From the NCBI GenBank assembly GCA_002633005.1, contig NMRA01000195.1, positions 537,628 through 601,627 on the forward strand: DNA of 64,000 bases. Reading direction: 5' to 3'. The translations under genes and the position numbers were made by a program. Below the pieces are notes generated by a model. It had not been told where the DNA came from and did not search any database. It saw nothing but the letters and a program-made list of their open reading frames with translations. This document shows positions 49,291-62,200 of the stretch, in pieces. This stretch comes from Phoronis australis (taxonomy: Eukaryota; Animalia; Phoronida). Positions within the stretch are counted from its first letter, which is position 1, and every line of letters starts with the position of its first letter.

Positions 49291-49600
49291 AAACAGAGCT
49301 GAAGATCCATCGAAAAATTTAACACAGATTCTGCGATATGGACATGAATTAGAAGAAATCCCCTGTGGGCGGTGGTGAAATACTTGTCGAATCTACCAGC
49401 AAAGTCAAATTTCCTTTAGGTACAAATGAAGCCAATATATCAGATCAAACAGAGCTGAAGTTCCATAGATTTTTTTTTGCACAAATTCTGTGAGCTGGAC
49501 ATAAAGCAGAAATCCTAGAAATCCACGGCGTGGGACCAAAATACTTGTTGAGTGTAATAGTACAAACAAAATCAGATTCCTTACGTACTTATGGAATCAT
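49291..49600. repeat. Diverged tandem duplication, ~156-nt unit x2
   Basis: AAACAGAGCTGAAG(A/T)TCCAT at 49291 and 49447, each followed by ATTCTG..TGGACAT..AGAAATCC..AAATACTTGT. Confidence 0.7.
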
Positions 49601-52600
49601 GAACGGTCTTATCTGCATATTCACGGATACTCGTGAGAGCGAAATCTGAAAAGTGGGGTTAACTTGTCTGTCTGTAATTCTCATACGTATTCCATCACGA
49701 ACAAATCGCCCTTGCTCACACTAGTCACCGTGCATTCATAGCGCAATAATCAAAAAATCAGTCTAAGTCGCGTATTTGTAAAACATTAGAGACTCTCCCT
49801 CCAAAATCCAGAGGGGTTCTTTAGATCTTTATCTAAACATTTATAGGTCAGTGAGTCATAGGGCTCACGGTTTATACATTCAAGTAACTATGCACGATTA
49901 ATGAGTTTTGGTCCACCACAACTGGGCAAGCCAGGAAGTCAGGTTTACATTCTATTAGTGGTCACACTGAAAGATGCTGTTGAACTTCAACTGTTTTTCG
50001 TGAGTAACGCGCATTTGTTTAGCCAACGGAACTTGTCCATTCCATATTTTTCCAGGGACGTTTATGTTTATGAAATATTTAAATTGTTCAGTTAGGCAGG
50101 GCTAATGTAAAACAAGCGCTTTACCATTAATTTTCGAAGCAGGTAAACCGCTGTTGTCGAACCAATAGCGCATATTACCAACTCACAAAGGAAACATTTC
50201 AAAAGTTAAAACAGTGGCACTTGACACATTGCCGACAAATCAATAAACATACTGTTTATGGCAGCTGGTGTGTAGGCAACATGTAGCGACTTCAGGTCTG
50301 ATTGCATGGAGGCTTAAACTTACTATTTACGCCAGCCAGTATCCAGGCAACAAATAGCTCTTGCCAGTCTGGCTGAATACACCTTAGCGTTCAGTGCTTG
50401 GCGCTTAGCTTAACGCCAACTTGCCAAATGCGACTTATAGTCAGCTGGCAAAAACTTGAAAAGTTTTCTAAATAAAGTTTTGATGGCAAAGTTATGTCAG
50501 AAGCAAACAACACATATCACAATCACCCAAAACTATCACTGATCACTGTCTTAGGAGAAGCCAAGCTCTCTCTCTCTTTCCCTCCCCGTCCCCTCTCTCC
50601 CCCTCCTCTCCCTCCCCTCCTCTCACTCCCCCCTATCCCTCTTCATATTTTAAAAAGCAATATAGAAACGTGACCATTTTTACTACTAGCTTCACTGCAA
50701 TAACACAACAGCACGATTATGCCAGTTTCAAATTTTGCTGTTTCAGTTTTCACCTAATAACTGGTGTGTTTGAGTTAGAAAAAATCAAAGTTTTGGCAAG
50801 TCTTGTGTAGTATTTCTTGGATATGTGTTTCATTTTTAAAGCCAAGTATAACTATCATGATTAGGAGGCATAACATGAAATTTTGTAATTATGGTTTTAT
50901 TGTGACTGTTGGGGCCAGCTGGTTTTTAAGTCTGCAGCTTATTTCACATCTGGAATTTACTGTTACGCTATTGCACAGTAAGTTTACTTTTACATATCCA
51001 AGTATTTAATGAGAGTTTGTCTTTTGTATATTGTTTTTCAATGTTTACAACATCAGTCATCAGGATTTAAAGAATGCGTGTAATTAGGGGCTTTTGTGTG
51101 TTTTGCAGCAGCTGAAGTCAGTGGAAACAATAGCTGTTGAAAGGTACGCTGGCAATGAACAGGATAACTTGAACCGTACTAAAGGACATGGTTTAATAAG
51201 ACATTAGTTATTTTGTGTGTTGAAGAAGACAGGTGTAATCATCATGAATCAAATTGCATTGCATTGCATTGTATCTGAAACCCTTTGTATGTGTCTTAAA
51301 CACTTCACTACATAAAATAGTCTGTCATTCGTGTCAGACCACTATTGAAACAAATCTTGTTTCATAATGAAATTAACTCCTGAGAATACCTTCTGTTGTT
51401 GCTTAGTAGCGGAGTTGCAACCGAATCGATTTAACGATTGCGCATGTCCGGAAATTAGGGTGCGCAAAGGCTATTGGGATTGATTAGGGTATATGGAATG
51501 GCCGATTGGTTTGCACAAAGTGTGATTTGTGTGTATTAAACTACGCTGCTGTATGTAATTCTGCCGCTATTCGCCCTAATAAGCGCCCATGCCCCAAAAA
51601 GTGCCCCAACGCGTTTTCAGACTTTGCTAAAGTAAGCGCCCAGCACATGAACTACATGCGAAAAATGCCTTACCTACAGTTCTAACGTCTCCAATTTATC
51701 AATTGAAAGATCCGACATTTCTGAATTTGTAAACCACGAGCCTCACCGTTATGTCCGTATATACGCAGGAACCCAATGGTTGTCCGCCTAAGCATGAAAC
51801 CGGCTTGTTGTCGTCACCCAATTATTCCACTTCAAAGTTATGATCTGAATAGAATTTGATTTAACTCTCACAAATATATAGTATTCGTTGATTCAAACGT
51901 TTTCTTTTACTTATGCCGAGTTGTTCAACTGTGCACTGTTTTTCGGCAGCCATTTTATAATGACTCCTATGGTCGTCATATGCTGCCGCCTTTTGAAAGA
52001 ACAGAAAACCCACACAGAAAAAGGCCAATAAAATAGTGGAAAGTGGTTTACAGCAATTCTTCTTCAACCAAAAACTGCTTTACTAGTATGATATCAATTT
52101 TTAAATTGATTAAAATTGATTTAAAATTTCAGTTCTGGAAAATATATCACGATTGTTTTATTCCAGATAGACCTTACTTATTTTCTGTTTGTGACCTCTT
52201 TATTTGACTTTTTGCTCTTGTTGTACCACTTATCTCTGCTGTCTTTCTTTTTCTTTTTCTTTTCAGTTCCTCTTCATTCTCTGTTAACACCTTGTCAGCC
52301 AGAACAGAACTATAGCCCTTTGAGACTTTGTCGGCGCAAGTTGATCATTGAACCTCAATACAATTGTTTTAATAAATTACCCATAATCGTATTGTTTGAT
52401 TTTTTCTCATCTTTAACAGGCTTATGCAATCATAAATAAATAAATAAATACCCAAGTCGCATTTGAATTTTATTGCTCAATCTCTTCTTTTATTTTTGAT
52501 TATGTCATGCTGTGTTGTATGTAACAATGCAATGTAGTGAAATATAGTCAATGTTTTACTTTATTGGTGGCCATTCTCTATCAATTCAAGTATTTCAATT

Positions 52601-52624
52601 TTCTTCAAATAAATTCAAAATGCT

Positions 52625-52870
52625 TTAATCAAAAACTTCACCATAAATTTTGAGCTCAGTACTTTGTTTTGCAATAAAAAACAAGTCGCGATTCAAAAAG
52701 AACGCAAAAGTTTTGCTGCTCTTGCGAGGGATGTGCCCAACTACGCGGGTCTGGACTTCGAAAACAGACGCAGCGTACTTGTCAGCGGGATTGCATTGTT
52801 TCTTACAGATACAGATCTTCTCCGGCCAAACTTCTTTGTACACGTGAAAACCGTGAATCGAAGACTAATA
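52625..52870 (-). pseudogene. HIRAN-domain pseudogene, probably transposon cargo
   Basis: SSIHGFHVYKEVW...CNPADKYAASV...VVGHIPRKSSKTFAFFL matches the HIRAN pattern (RG.H.Y..W...NP.D..AV.V....VGH.PR). Upstream stop and internal deletion. Confidence 0.75.
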
Positions 52871-54003
52871 AAAAAACTCGACCAGTGTTAGCACGCGGCC
52901 AAGAAGCACGCGCTGCATAATGTACCGGCTGTCATCGAAGACATTTAGTCGGGAACTATCTATTCATGAAACGGTAACATAGCATCGGCAAGAAATAAAT
53001 ATTGGCACTAATTTCCGAAAGTTTCTAATACCGTAAAAAACTTTTGCATTATTTTTAAGAGAAATTATTTAACTAATCATAATTGGTGTTTTTAAAATCA
53101 AAATGACCCACTGATAGTGAACACATTCGCACCCTTACACCCCGAATCTTCCGGAAAATAGCTGTTACACTACGGTCACGAATCCACTCACTCAGTGAGT
53201 GACATATCGGTCTTACCGAAACAATTCTCGAACGTTTTTTAGCAAATGATGCGAGCAATTGTTAAGCTAAATATTAAAACACGCTCTGCTTGACTACTTG
53301 AGTTAATGGGGCTATTCGGAGAATTCTCCTCGCGGTGTCGCTGCTGTACTAGTGGTGATTGAATTGCGCATGCGTGGCTGTCTGCATGTAAACAACTGGT
53401 AAAAGATTGAATTTTTATCAAAATACGTCGTCGCGCTAAGCCTTATTACTGCTAATTTCCCTCGTGCAAGTCTTCGACAGGTGGCCACAAATTCCCAAAA
53501 GACCTAAGGTTACTATATTCGTGGACAATTGCGTTCAACAGGGTCAACTGACTGACAAAAAGTGTGTGGATGCTGAAGCCCCGTGTGTGCTCTACGACTA
53601 TGCAGTTCCATTCGGAGACTACACAACATTACTTGGTAAGTTTTTAGCAATCAGTTTCTATCAACATCGTTCGGTGATGTTATCCCCACCAGTTACCCCA
53701 CCGTGAATAACAGTTTTATTGAGTGGAACTAAGTGTTTCTTTTTGGAAACTCACCCGATGCCGGGTAGGCTAGCAGCACATATTCATATTGTCCTGGGTG
53801 GGAGTGCTCCCAAAATAAGAGGTGTACGTGATGCACAGAAGTCAAGAGTGACTTTTTCACAGCAGTTTCTCTTCAAAACTATTTCCAATAAAATTCTCTA
53901 GATGAGTGAGTTTCCTTATTTTATCGTGGACCCCACCCCCAGGACCACCAGCTCAGTTATCGAATTAACATGAATAAGCCTTAATTCAGTAAATGTCGTA
54001 ACA

Positions 54004-54770
54004 NNNNNNNNNNNNNNNNNNNNNNNNNNNNNNNNNNNNNNNNNNNNNNNNNNNNNNNNNNNNNNNNNNNNNNNNNNNNNNNNNNNNNNNNNNNNNNNNN
54101 NNNNNNNNNNNNNNNNNNNNNNNNNNNNNNNNNNNNNNNNNNNNNNNNNNNNNNNNNNNNNNNNNNNNNNNNNNNNNNNNNNNNNNNNNNNNNNNNNNNN
54201 NNNNNNNNNNNNNNNNNNNNNNNNNNNNNNNNNNNNNNNNNNNNNNNNNNNNNNNNNNNNNNNNNNNNNNNNNNNNNNNNNNNNNNNNNNNNNNNNNNNN
54301 NNNNNNNNNNNNNNNNNNNNNNNNNNNNNNNNNNNNNNNNNNNNNNNNNNNNNNNNNNNNNNNNNNNNNNNNNNNNNNNNNNNNNNNNNNNNNNNNNNNN
54401 NNNNNNNNNNNNNNNNNNNNNNNNNNNNNNNNNNNNNNNNNNNNNNNNNNNNNNNNNNNNNNNNNNNNNNNNNNNNNNNNNNNNNNNNNNNNNNNNNNNN
54501 NNNNNNNNNNNNNNNNNNNNNNNNNNNNNNNNNNNNNNNNNNNNNNNNNNNNNNNNNNNNNNNNNNNNNNNNNNNNNNNNNNNNNNNNNNNNNNNNNNNN
54601 NNNNNNNNNNNNNNNNNNNNNNNNNNNNNNNNNNNNNNNNNNNNNNNNNNNNNNNNNNNNNNNNNNNNNNNNNNNNNNNNNNNNNNNNNNNNNNNNNNNN
54701 NNNNNNNNNNNNNNNNNNNNNNNNNNNNNNNNNNNNNNNNNNNNNNNNNNNNNNNNNNNNNNNNNNNNNN
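54004..54770. other. Assembly gap
   Basis: Run of N. Confidence 1.
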
Positions 54771-56242
54771 TTTGTCCATTCAGGGACAGTGCAGAAGCAA
54801 TGCATATCTCCTCTGCACGGTACAAGCCTTCAAACCTAAAAACCAAAGGTTACGTGAAAACTGACGTGATAGATTTCCATTTCAACGTGTAATAGATTTC
54901 CAGAAGACATATGATAGGGAGTAAACAAATAGTCTATTGCAATGGATATTTATCACTCACGTACCCTTTGCCATTGGGATTGGATTGTAATCTTAACTCA
55001 TTAACCTGTATCGAGTTGACAGCATAAACATTCAGCATTGATTGATGTAACTGTCACTGATAAACTTTTAGAAATCATTCCAAACAATAATAATGCTTTG
55101 ATGTACGAAAAGATCCCGATTGCTACGTTATGTATCGTATCACATATTACAACATACAAAGATTAACCAGACTCTGGCTGGAGACTGACTGCCGCGAAGT
55201 CGACATCGGTGAGTGCCTCAGTTAACAGGCATCGGTAGAATAATCATGGAATAATCGTTAAAATAATCATAAACCTTACCTTTGTATGAGGTCGTGCTTA
55301 CTTCCTCTCATAGAAGCACCCTTTTTACGCAATCTCAGATTCAGTTGGCACGACTCCAAGCCATTTCACCATGTATTTAAAGGGCTCGCGAAATCGAGGC
55401 TGCTAATCTATCACCACTAGTACACGCACGCCCTCTAGTTATTGTAGATTTTCCGAATAGCCCCATTTCTTTGGATACAATGCACACCTAGATCATTACA
55501 TCGCATTTACTCTGGCAAATGAACCCTGATGACAAGCAGACGCACGCTTACTCTCACGCACTTGCATACAAACTTCAATACAAGTGAATTGAAACTATGA
55601 TTGTAGTTTATTATTGCACAGTGGTATTCAGAATTTCCTTTGGGGTTAATATTCGTCGTTACTGATAACATGTCTGATGCTAGGAGGCAGTGCAGTCTCA
55701 CATACATAAAGTGCATTTTCTGTTTGATGATGTCACAGTTTTCCATTTTGTATGGGTGATCTCTGTCCTAAGCATTAAAAGTCGTAGTACACTGGTCAAC
55801 CCCAATGGGCTGGTCTCAAATCTTTCCTTGCCATGGGAGCAACTGATTTCTGTTGTCAAAGTGAAATTAGAGGTCATATGGGAGGGATATGAAGCAATCC
55901 TCTTTTGGAATGGTTAGCCAGCTTTGTCAAAGTTGACGACGTTTCGACACATTTTATTAGTTGTTGGTGAATTATTTATATTGGTATGGAAAGCATTTGC
56001 TGTCATCATTTGGAAAAGTTCGTGACATAACTTGTTGATGGCCTAATGTGGTTTATTTTTTGACTTTCTAGTATAGTAGATCTATAGTATAAAGAAATAA
56101 TATCCCTTTAATAACTATGTTATGTTGGCTTTTGTATATTCTGATCATTCTTTCCATTTCTTTTTCAGCTCTTCCACCTGCTCAGTTTGAATTTTATTCC
56201 TTTGACAAGCTGAGTAGTAAAAGAATCAAAGGTTTACAATCG

Positions 56243-56785
56243 CTCGATTTGAGTTTCACCCTTTGGCAAGTCGAGTAATAGAATACATAAGGGAGACAAA
56301 ATCTCGGTTTGAGTTTCACCCTTTGGCAAGCCGAGTTAAAGAATACATAACGGAGACAAAATCTCGGTTTGAGTTTCAACCTTTGGCAAGCCGAGTTACA
56401 GAATACATAAGGGAGACAAAAGCTCCGTTTGATTTTAGTTGGCGTCTTTGGCGAACCGAGTGGTTATCAGAAACACGAGACGTCACCCAGGCATAAGCTC
56501 GGTTTGATTTTAGTTGACTTCTTTGGTGAACCGAGTGGTTATCAGAAACACGAGACGTCACCCAGGCATAAGCTCGGTTTGATTTTAGTTGACTTCTTTG
56601 GTGAACCGAGTGGTTATCAGAAACACAAGAGGTCACCCAGACGTAAACTCGGTTTGATTTTAGTTGACCTCTTTGGCGAACCGAGTGACTATCAGAAACA
56701 CAATAAGAGGTCACCCAAACATAAGCTCGGTTCGATTTTAGTTGATCTCTTTGGTAAACCGAGTGGAAAAGAAATAAAGAGGTCG
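56243..56785. repeat. Composite minisatellite: three 60-nt units, then 75/75/75/78-nt units and a partial unit
   Basis: Unit starts (CTCG/CTCC..TT) at 56243, 56303, 56363, 56423, 56498, 56573, 56648 and 56726. All share CTCGGTTTGA...CTTTGG..A.CCGAGT. Confidence 0.92.
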
Positions 56786-56998
56786 CAACTAACTGAGTAC
56801 CAGAAACTTGCATCCGTTCCCGTGGTTCTACAACATATATTGTCATAATGAAAATTTCTGAATACTGTGTACAGTTAATATATTATTCAATAACAAATAT
56901 AATCTGAAAAATAGCTGTCTTTAAATTTCCATTCACTTCTGCTGCTTATCAAATTGCCTAGTAATTTATTACGAGGACATCAATGAGTACATTTCGAA

Positions 56999-58480
56999 AT
57001 GCCTAGGAAGCGTAAGCAATCGATGTCTGCCAAAGCTAGATGGGAAAAGTGTGTGTGAATAGCTAGTGAGGTAATACAACCTGCATTGACTACTGCAGTA
57101 ATGTAGAAGTATAAAAACCAGTGTATCGGTGTTGTGCTAGCTATAACCAAGGTCACTCTAAAAACAGTTACATGTCAAGAGGTAATCAGTACACATGCAA
57201 CTCACTGGTATATCATGCAATAAGTGGGCAAGCAAATCGAATAGACTTGATTCAAATGCACGACTTGAACAACATCTTGGATGCAGGTGATCATTTATAT
57301 AATGAAGTGAGAAGCAATTTAATACAGCAGCACAAGTTTGTCAATTCTCTTTTGTCATTAGATGAGTTGCCAACTGAATTTGAAGTAAACGATGTTACTT
57401 TCAGAATGAAATCATTGTCTAGGATGGCTGGACATTTGCAGCATGATGATCCTGAGAATGCAAGCCAGATTGTTGAAAACTGCACTAGAGTGTCTTGACA
57501 ACGGTGTTGAGCAGGTATTGCTAATGACAGGAAGTTATTGCATTGCTTTGTTTAGAGACTTCAACTGGTTGTATGGCGTGTTCCATTCCCACTCCAGGGA
57601 TTGTAATGGCTTAGTATCACCAGAGGGCACTGCCATAGTACTGGCATTTAATAACTTGGACTGTTTGATATGGAGAATACTCACACTGTGCAATATTTCA
57701 AACCTTCGATCCTCTACCCAGTATGAGCTAATGGTTATTGATGTTAGGGAAGTAAATACATTAAGTAACTTGCAATCATGTGATTATACTGAACATGTGG
57801 GGGAAAGTTGTACAGATGTACAGGCACCATTAAAAATGACTGTTAGTGAGCGCAGAAAAATGACAATTTTACGAAAAAGAAAAAAGAGATAGGAAAATAC
57901 CATGAGAATGCAGGATGTCAATTAAGGAAGTCAAAATCTTCTAGTTTAAAGTACAGATGTGTTGAAAAAGGAAGAGAACGAGAAGTAAAAAAGAAGACAA
58001 TGGTTAATAGATATGCAAATGATGAAAACTTGAGAAGAAAAAAAGAAAGGCAATAACTGGGAGGTATGCCCAGGATGATGAGTTTAGGGTGATACAAAAG
58101 AAAGCAACTGCTGACAGATATGCCACTGATGAGCAGTTTAAAAGCAAGAAACGAAAAGCAATAACAAAAAGTATGCTGAGGATGAACAGTTTAGGAATAG
58201 GCAAAAGAAAGCAACTACCGATAGATATGCCACTGACGAGCAGTTTAAATGCAAGAAAAGAAAAGCAATAACTGAAAGGTATAGTGTTGATCAACAATTT
58301 CGAAACAAACAGCGCCATCTGATGGCAGAAAAATACCGGAGTAATCCGTCATTGTTTGGGTTAAGACAAAATCTTTACTTTGTAAGGAAATATAATACTG
58401 ATGCTCACTTCAGGCGTAAGCATGTCCAGAGTTGTGCCTTGATTGCTGTAAGAAAGTACTGGCACACAAATAATGGCTCT
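56999..58480 (+). pseudogene. Helitron-type ORF N-terminus: herpes-tegument-like (peptidase C76) deubiquitinase domain plus 18-aa charged repeats, inactivated
   Basis: Start MPRKRKQSMSAKARWEK, then ASYNQG...RGNQYTCNSL, DLNNILDAGDHLY, LSLDELP, YGVFHSHSRDCNG...EGTA, then repeats of type RYATDEQFKSKKRKAITK. Several stops and frameshifts; no Rep/helicase domain seen. Confidence 0.75.
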
Positions 58481-59272
58481 TGATCACATTGTACACTTCT
58501 TTGTGTTTGTAAAGTTAGGTATGTTTGTTAACCTGCTGTTCAAGCTAACAGCTTGAGGATCCAGTTTTCTTGCTGGCGCTCTGAAATTATCTAAAGTGCA
58601 GACATCCAGCAACATTTAAGCACTGTGTAGTGTTTTTAGGTGAAACACCTTCAGATAGTTATATACTATTGTTTGACCATTTGGTCGTAGTAGCATGTGT
58701 GCCAGCTGCGAATATCAAAGAAAGTGGAAGTATGCTTACATTATTTAGATTTCATATTGGAAAGAGTAATTGGACCAAACTGTCATGAATGAGACATGAA
58801 TTCTGGATTCCTTTATGTTGACAGCTGTCAACCTTTTTCCACCGTATTCATCACGGACATTGCTTGAAGCTCCTACTTGTTATGGAATCACACATTGAAA
58901 CAATAAAGTCTCTGCAATGCCGTTCGGTGAGTAAAATGCGACAAATATTGCGAGAGCGACTCGATATGTTTATATATTTTTCAACTGTGTGGAACTCAAA
59001 AAAATAACACCACTATCACAAACCGATAAAACGAACGACAGTGACATCTATAGAAAAGCTTATAACTAACTAGCAGTCCATTGCATGACATCCCAGGGGA
59101 CACTAAACAGACAGGAATGCCGAAAATACTAAAAAATATAAAAGTTCTTAGGCACAGACTGACACATGTACCACTAGTAAACACTTAGAGCACACTAAAG
59201 TCTAACTAGAAACACACAATATGCTATCAAACGTAAACTCAGTGTCCAGCATCGTGTAATAAAGTTCAAATG

Positions 59273-62200
59273 TCAATCGAGTCTATCAGTGTTCTTCATC
59301 AATAGAACAAGTTTAGTTACGGGTCTCTTAATAATATGGCCGTCTGAAAATCTAATGTTCACAACACGAATCAGTCCACCATCTCTGGAGTACGTTTTCA
59401 CAATTTCACCTTTTTTCCAAAATCCACGTTTGGCATTTTCGTCAACTACTAGAACAACATCTCTGTTCGCTAGATTATCACTAAAATCCAACCATTTCCG
59501 CCGAGAGGACAGTTTGTATACGTTAGTTAACCATCTTCTCCAAAATCCATCTACCATGGCGTTACACAACTCGCGACGCTTTCTGAAGTTAGCAGTGTAC
59601 TCAGTACATGGGACTTGAGGACTTGGCAGGTTACCTCTACCGATCAGGAAGTGGTTGGGTGTAATAGGGGCGTCGTCCAATGGTGAGGACGACATGGCTG
59701 TAAGTGGTCGGTTATTTATCAAAGACGATATCTGACAGAGCACTGCCTCCCACTCCACGAATGGGAGCTTGTCAGCTTGCACCATGTACCGCATAGACTT
59801 TTTTGACCTCTCACACCATCCGCTCTACCGCTCCTTGATGATGAAGTCCTCCAGGTGGCCCAAATTTCCATTCCACGTTGCAACGTTGACAACGGCATTG
59901 GAGTTGCTCTCCATTGAGACGAAGATTCAATTCTCTCATTTCATTATCAACACCTCGAAAACACGTGGCATTGTCGCTGATTATCATAGCTGGTGCACCA
60001 CGTATGCTCACGAACCGCTCGAACGCCTGGAGAAAGGCTGATGTTGAGAGATCTTGAACGCATGTTAGATGGACTGCCCTTGTCACCGCACAGTAACCCT
60101 GGGAGACGGTGTTTCTGGTGAGTTTCAAATTAACTGGTCCCAAATAGTCCACTAACGTAGTCTTAGATGCTGGGGTACACGGCGTAATACGACAGTCAGG
60201 AAGATCGGCCATCTTTCGCTTCAAAGGCTTTCCACGGTAACGTCTACAGGTCACACATTCGTGAACGACGCGTCGAGATACGTTAATGTCTCCGATTAAC
60301 CAGTAAGTTTTAGGGACTTCGAAGACAGTTCTGAGGTGTCCTCCATGGAGTGCGTGGCGATGCCTCTCACGAACAAACAGCAGATTATGTGACTTCGCTT
60401 TGGTAGTAGATATGGGTGACGGATGTCATAAGAAATCGGTGCCTTTCTGATGCGACCACCAACTCTATACACACCCTCTTCATCGTCGAAGAAAGGACTA
60501 AGACTCATTATCTGGTGGTTCTTGAAGTCAATTTCCTGTTGAGCCCAACGGATCCAGTACAGCTCAGCTTCATTCAGGTGCGCTCGAGAAGGCCATTTGG
60601 AAATCTGAGACGTCAGCGACTTTAACCACTGAGACCTTGGCAAATCTCTCAAAAACAAGATACGAGCAGTGACCATGAGCAGCCTTGACCAACTTGAGAA
60701 CCGCTTTGGGTCAATGAACGGTGTGAAAGCCACTTTCACGTCATACATGTGGGCATTTCTGACGTGAAACTTCTTTTGCTCGGGATCATCTGAAATCTGA
60801 ATAGTCTTTGGCGTAGTGGGCCAAAGGGCAGGCGGTTGTTTTAGGAACTCTGGTCAGTCTATAACTTGTTGCATTTCAGCAGCCGTACCACCACGTGAGA
60901 CAAGATCGATGACATTCTGTTTGGTTGGAACATAGAATAAGTCTTCAATTGGATCAAACTCTGACGTAACTTTGCAAACGCGGTATGCTACATACGACTT
61001 GAAAGATTTCGACTGACCTCGTAACCAGCATATTGCAGTTAAATTGTCGGTTCACAATCCCCTGTAGGATACTTCAAGTCTTAGAGCTCTGGCAAGACAT
61101 ATCATCAGCCGTGACAGAAGAAGGATCGCTTGAAGCTCGTTGCGTGGGATACTTGTCTGTTTCAACGGGGTAACTCGTGCTCTGGCACAAACAAACGACA
61201 GTTCAGCACTGTCATCCTCTGGATAAGACCAACGTAGCCAAACACCCATACCCATGGCATCCTCAGAGGCTTCACTGAAACCGTGTAGCGACACTGTGGG
61301 CAGGATTGTCGAGCCTTTAATTTTTCCCGGACAAGACAGCGAGGTATGACAATCGTATTGACTTGTTCTAAATCTTTTTGGATTTCGTCCCATATGGAGC
61401 ATAGCTCACTTTGGGGTGTTAATGGCGTGTCCCAGTCTAACTCAAATTGTCACAGACGTTGAAGCAGAACCTTAGGGCGTACGAGAACACCTGACAACAT
61501 TCCAAATACATCGTAGTAGGACGAAAGTTTTCTTCAGAATGTTGCGTTTTGTCACCATTTCATGTTCGATCTTGACTGGTTTCACAATGAGTGTCTTTTT
61601 CGAGGTTCCATTTGGTTCCACGTACAACAGCCTCACCATCGCTGGGAACGATTTCTGCTTCACGAATTTCGCTCACGTTGGAAAACCACTTGCGAATCTT
61701 GAATTTCCCTTTATCTAGTACTTCAGTTAGGCGGCCCTTCAGCTGACTCGCATTCTGGGGTGTTCTCTGTGAATCGTTTAAATCGTCCATGTAAAACTGG
61801 TCTCGGGTGATGCGTTGAAGCTCTACATCATCAGGTGCATGCTCGTCAACTGCATGTCGTAACGCTACAATTGCTGCAGTTGGATACGGTTTGTCACCGA
61901 ATGTGACCGTTTTCAATTCGTAGACGTTGACAGGGTAATCTGGATGCTCTCTAAAGACATAACGTTGAAATCGAGCATCCTCTGGTGTTATCATAACTGC
62001 TTGGAACATCTTGCTAATACCTGGTGCTATACCAACTTCAAACTCTTGAAATCGTAACGCAATATCAAAAAGATCGCTGTTGATGTTTTTACCCTTCGCA
62101 AGGTAACCTTTGAGAGAGTGTCCTTGATATCTCGCCTTGCCGTCGAACACAACACGCACAGGAGTAGTAATCGAGTCTTTCTTGACAGAAAAATGAGGCA

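Noticed and set aside
47618-49662. piggyBac-like TTAACCC...GGGTTAA pair
   Set aside because: Terminal similarity does not extend beyond CCC, and there is no transposase relic.
56243-56785. CRISPR-like array (regular units with palindromic core)
   Set aside because: The intervening sequences are near-identical between units rather than unique spacers, there are no cas genes, and the context is eukaryotic.
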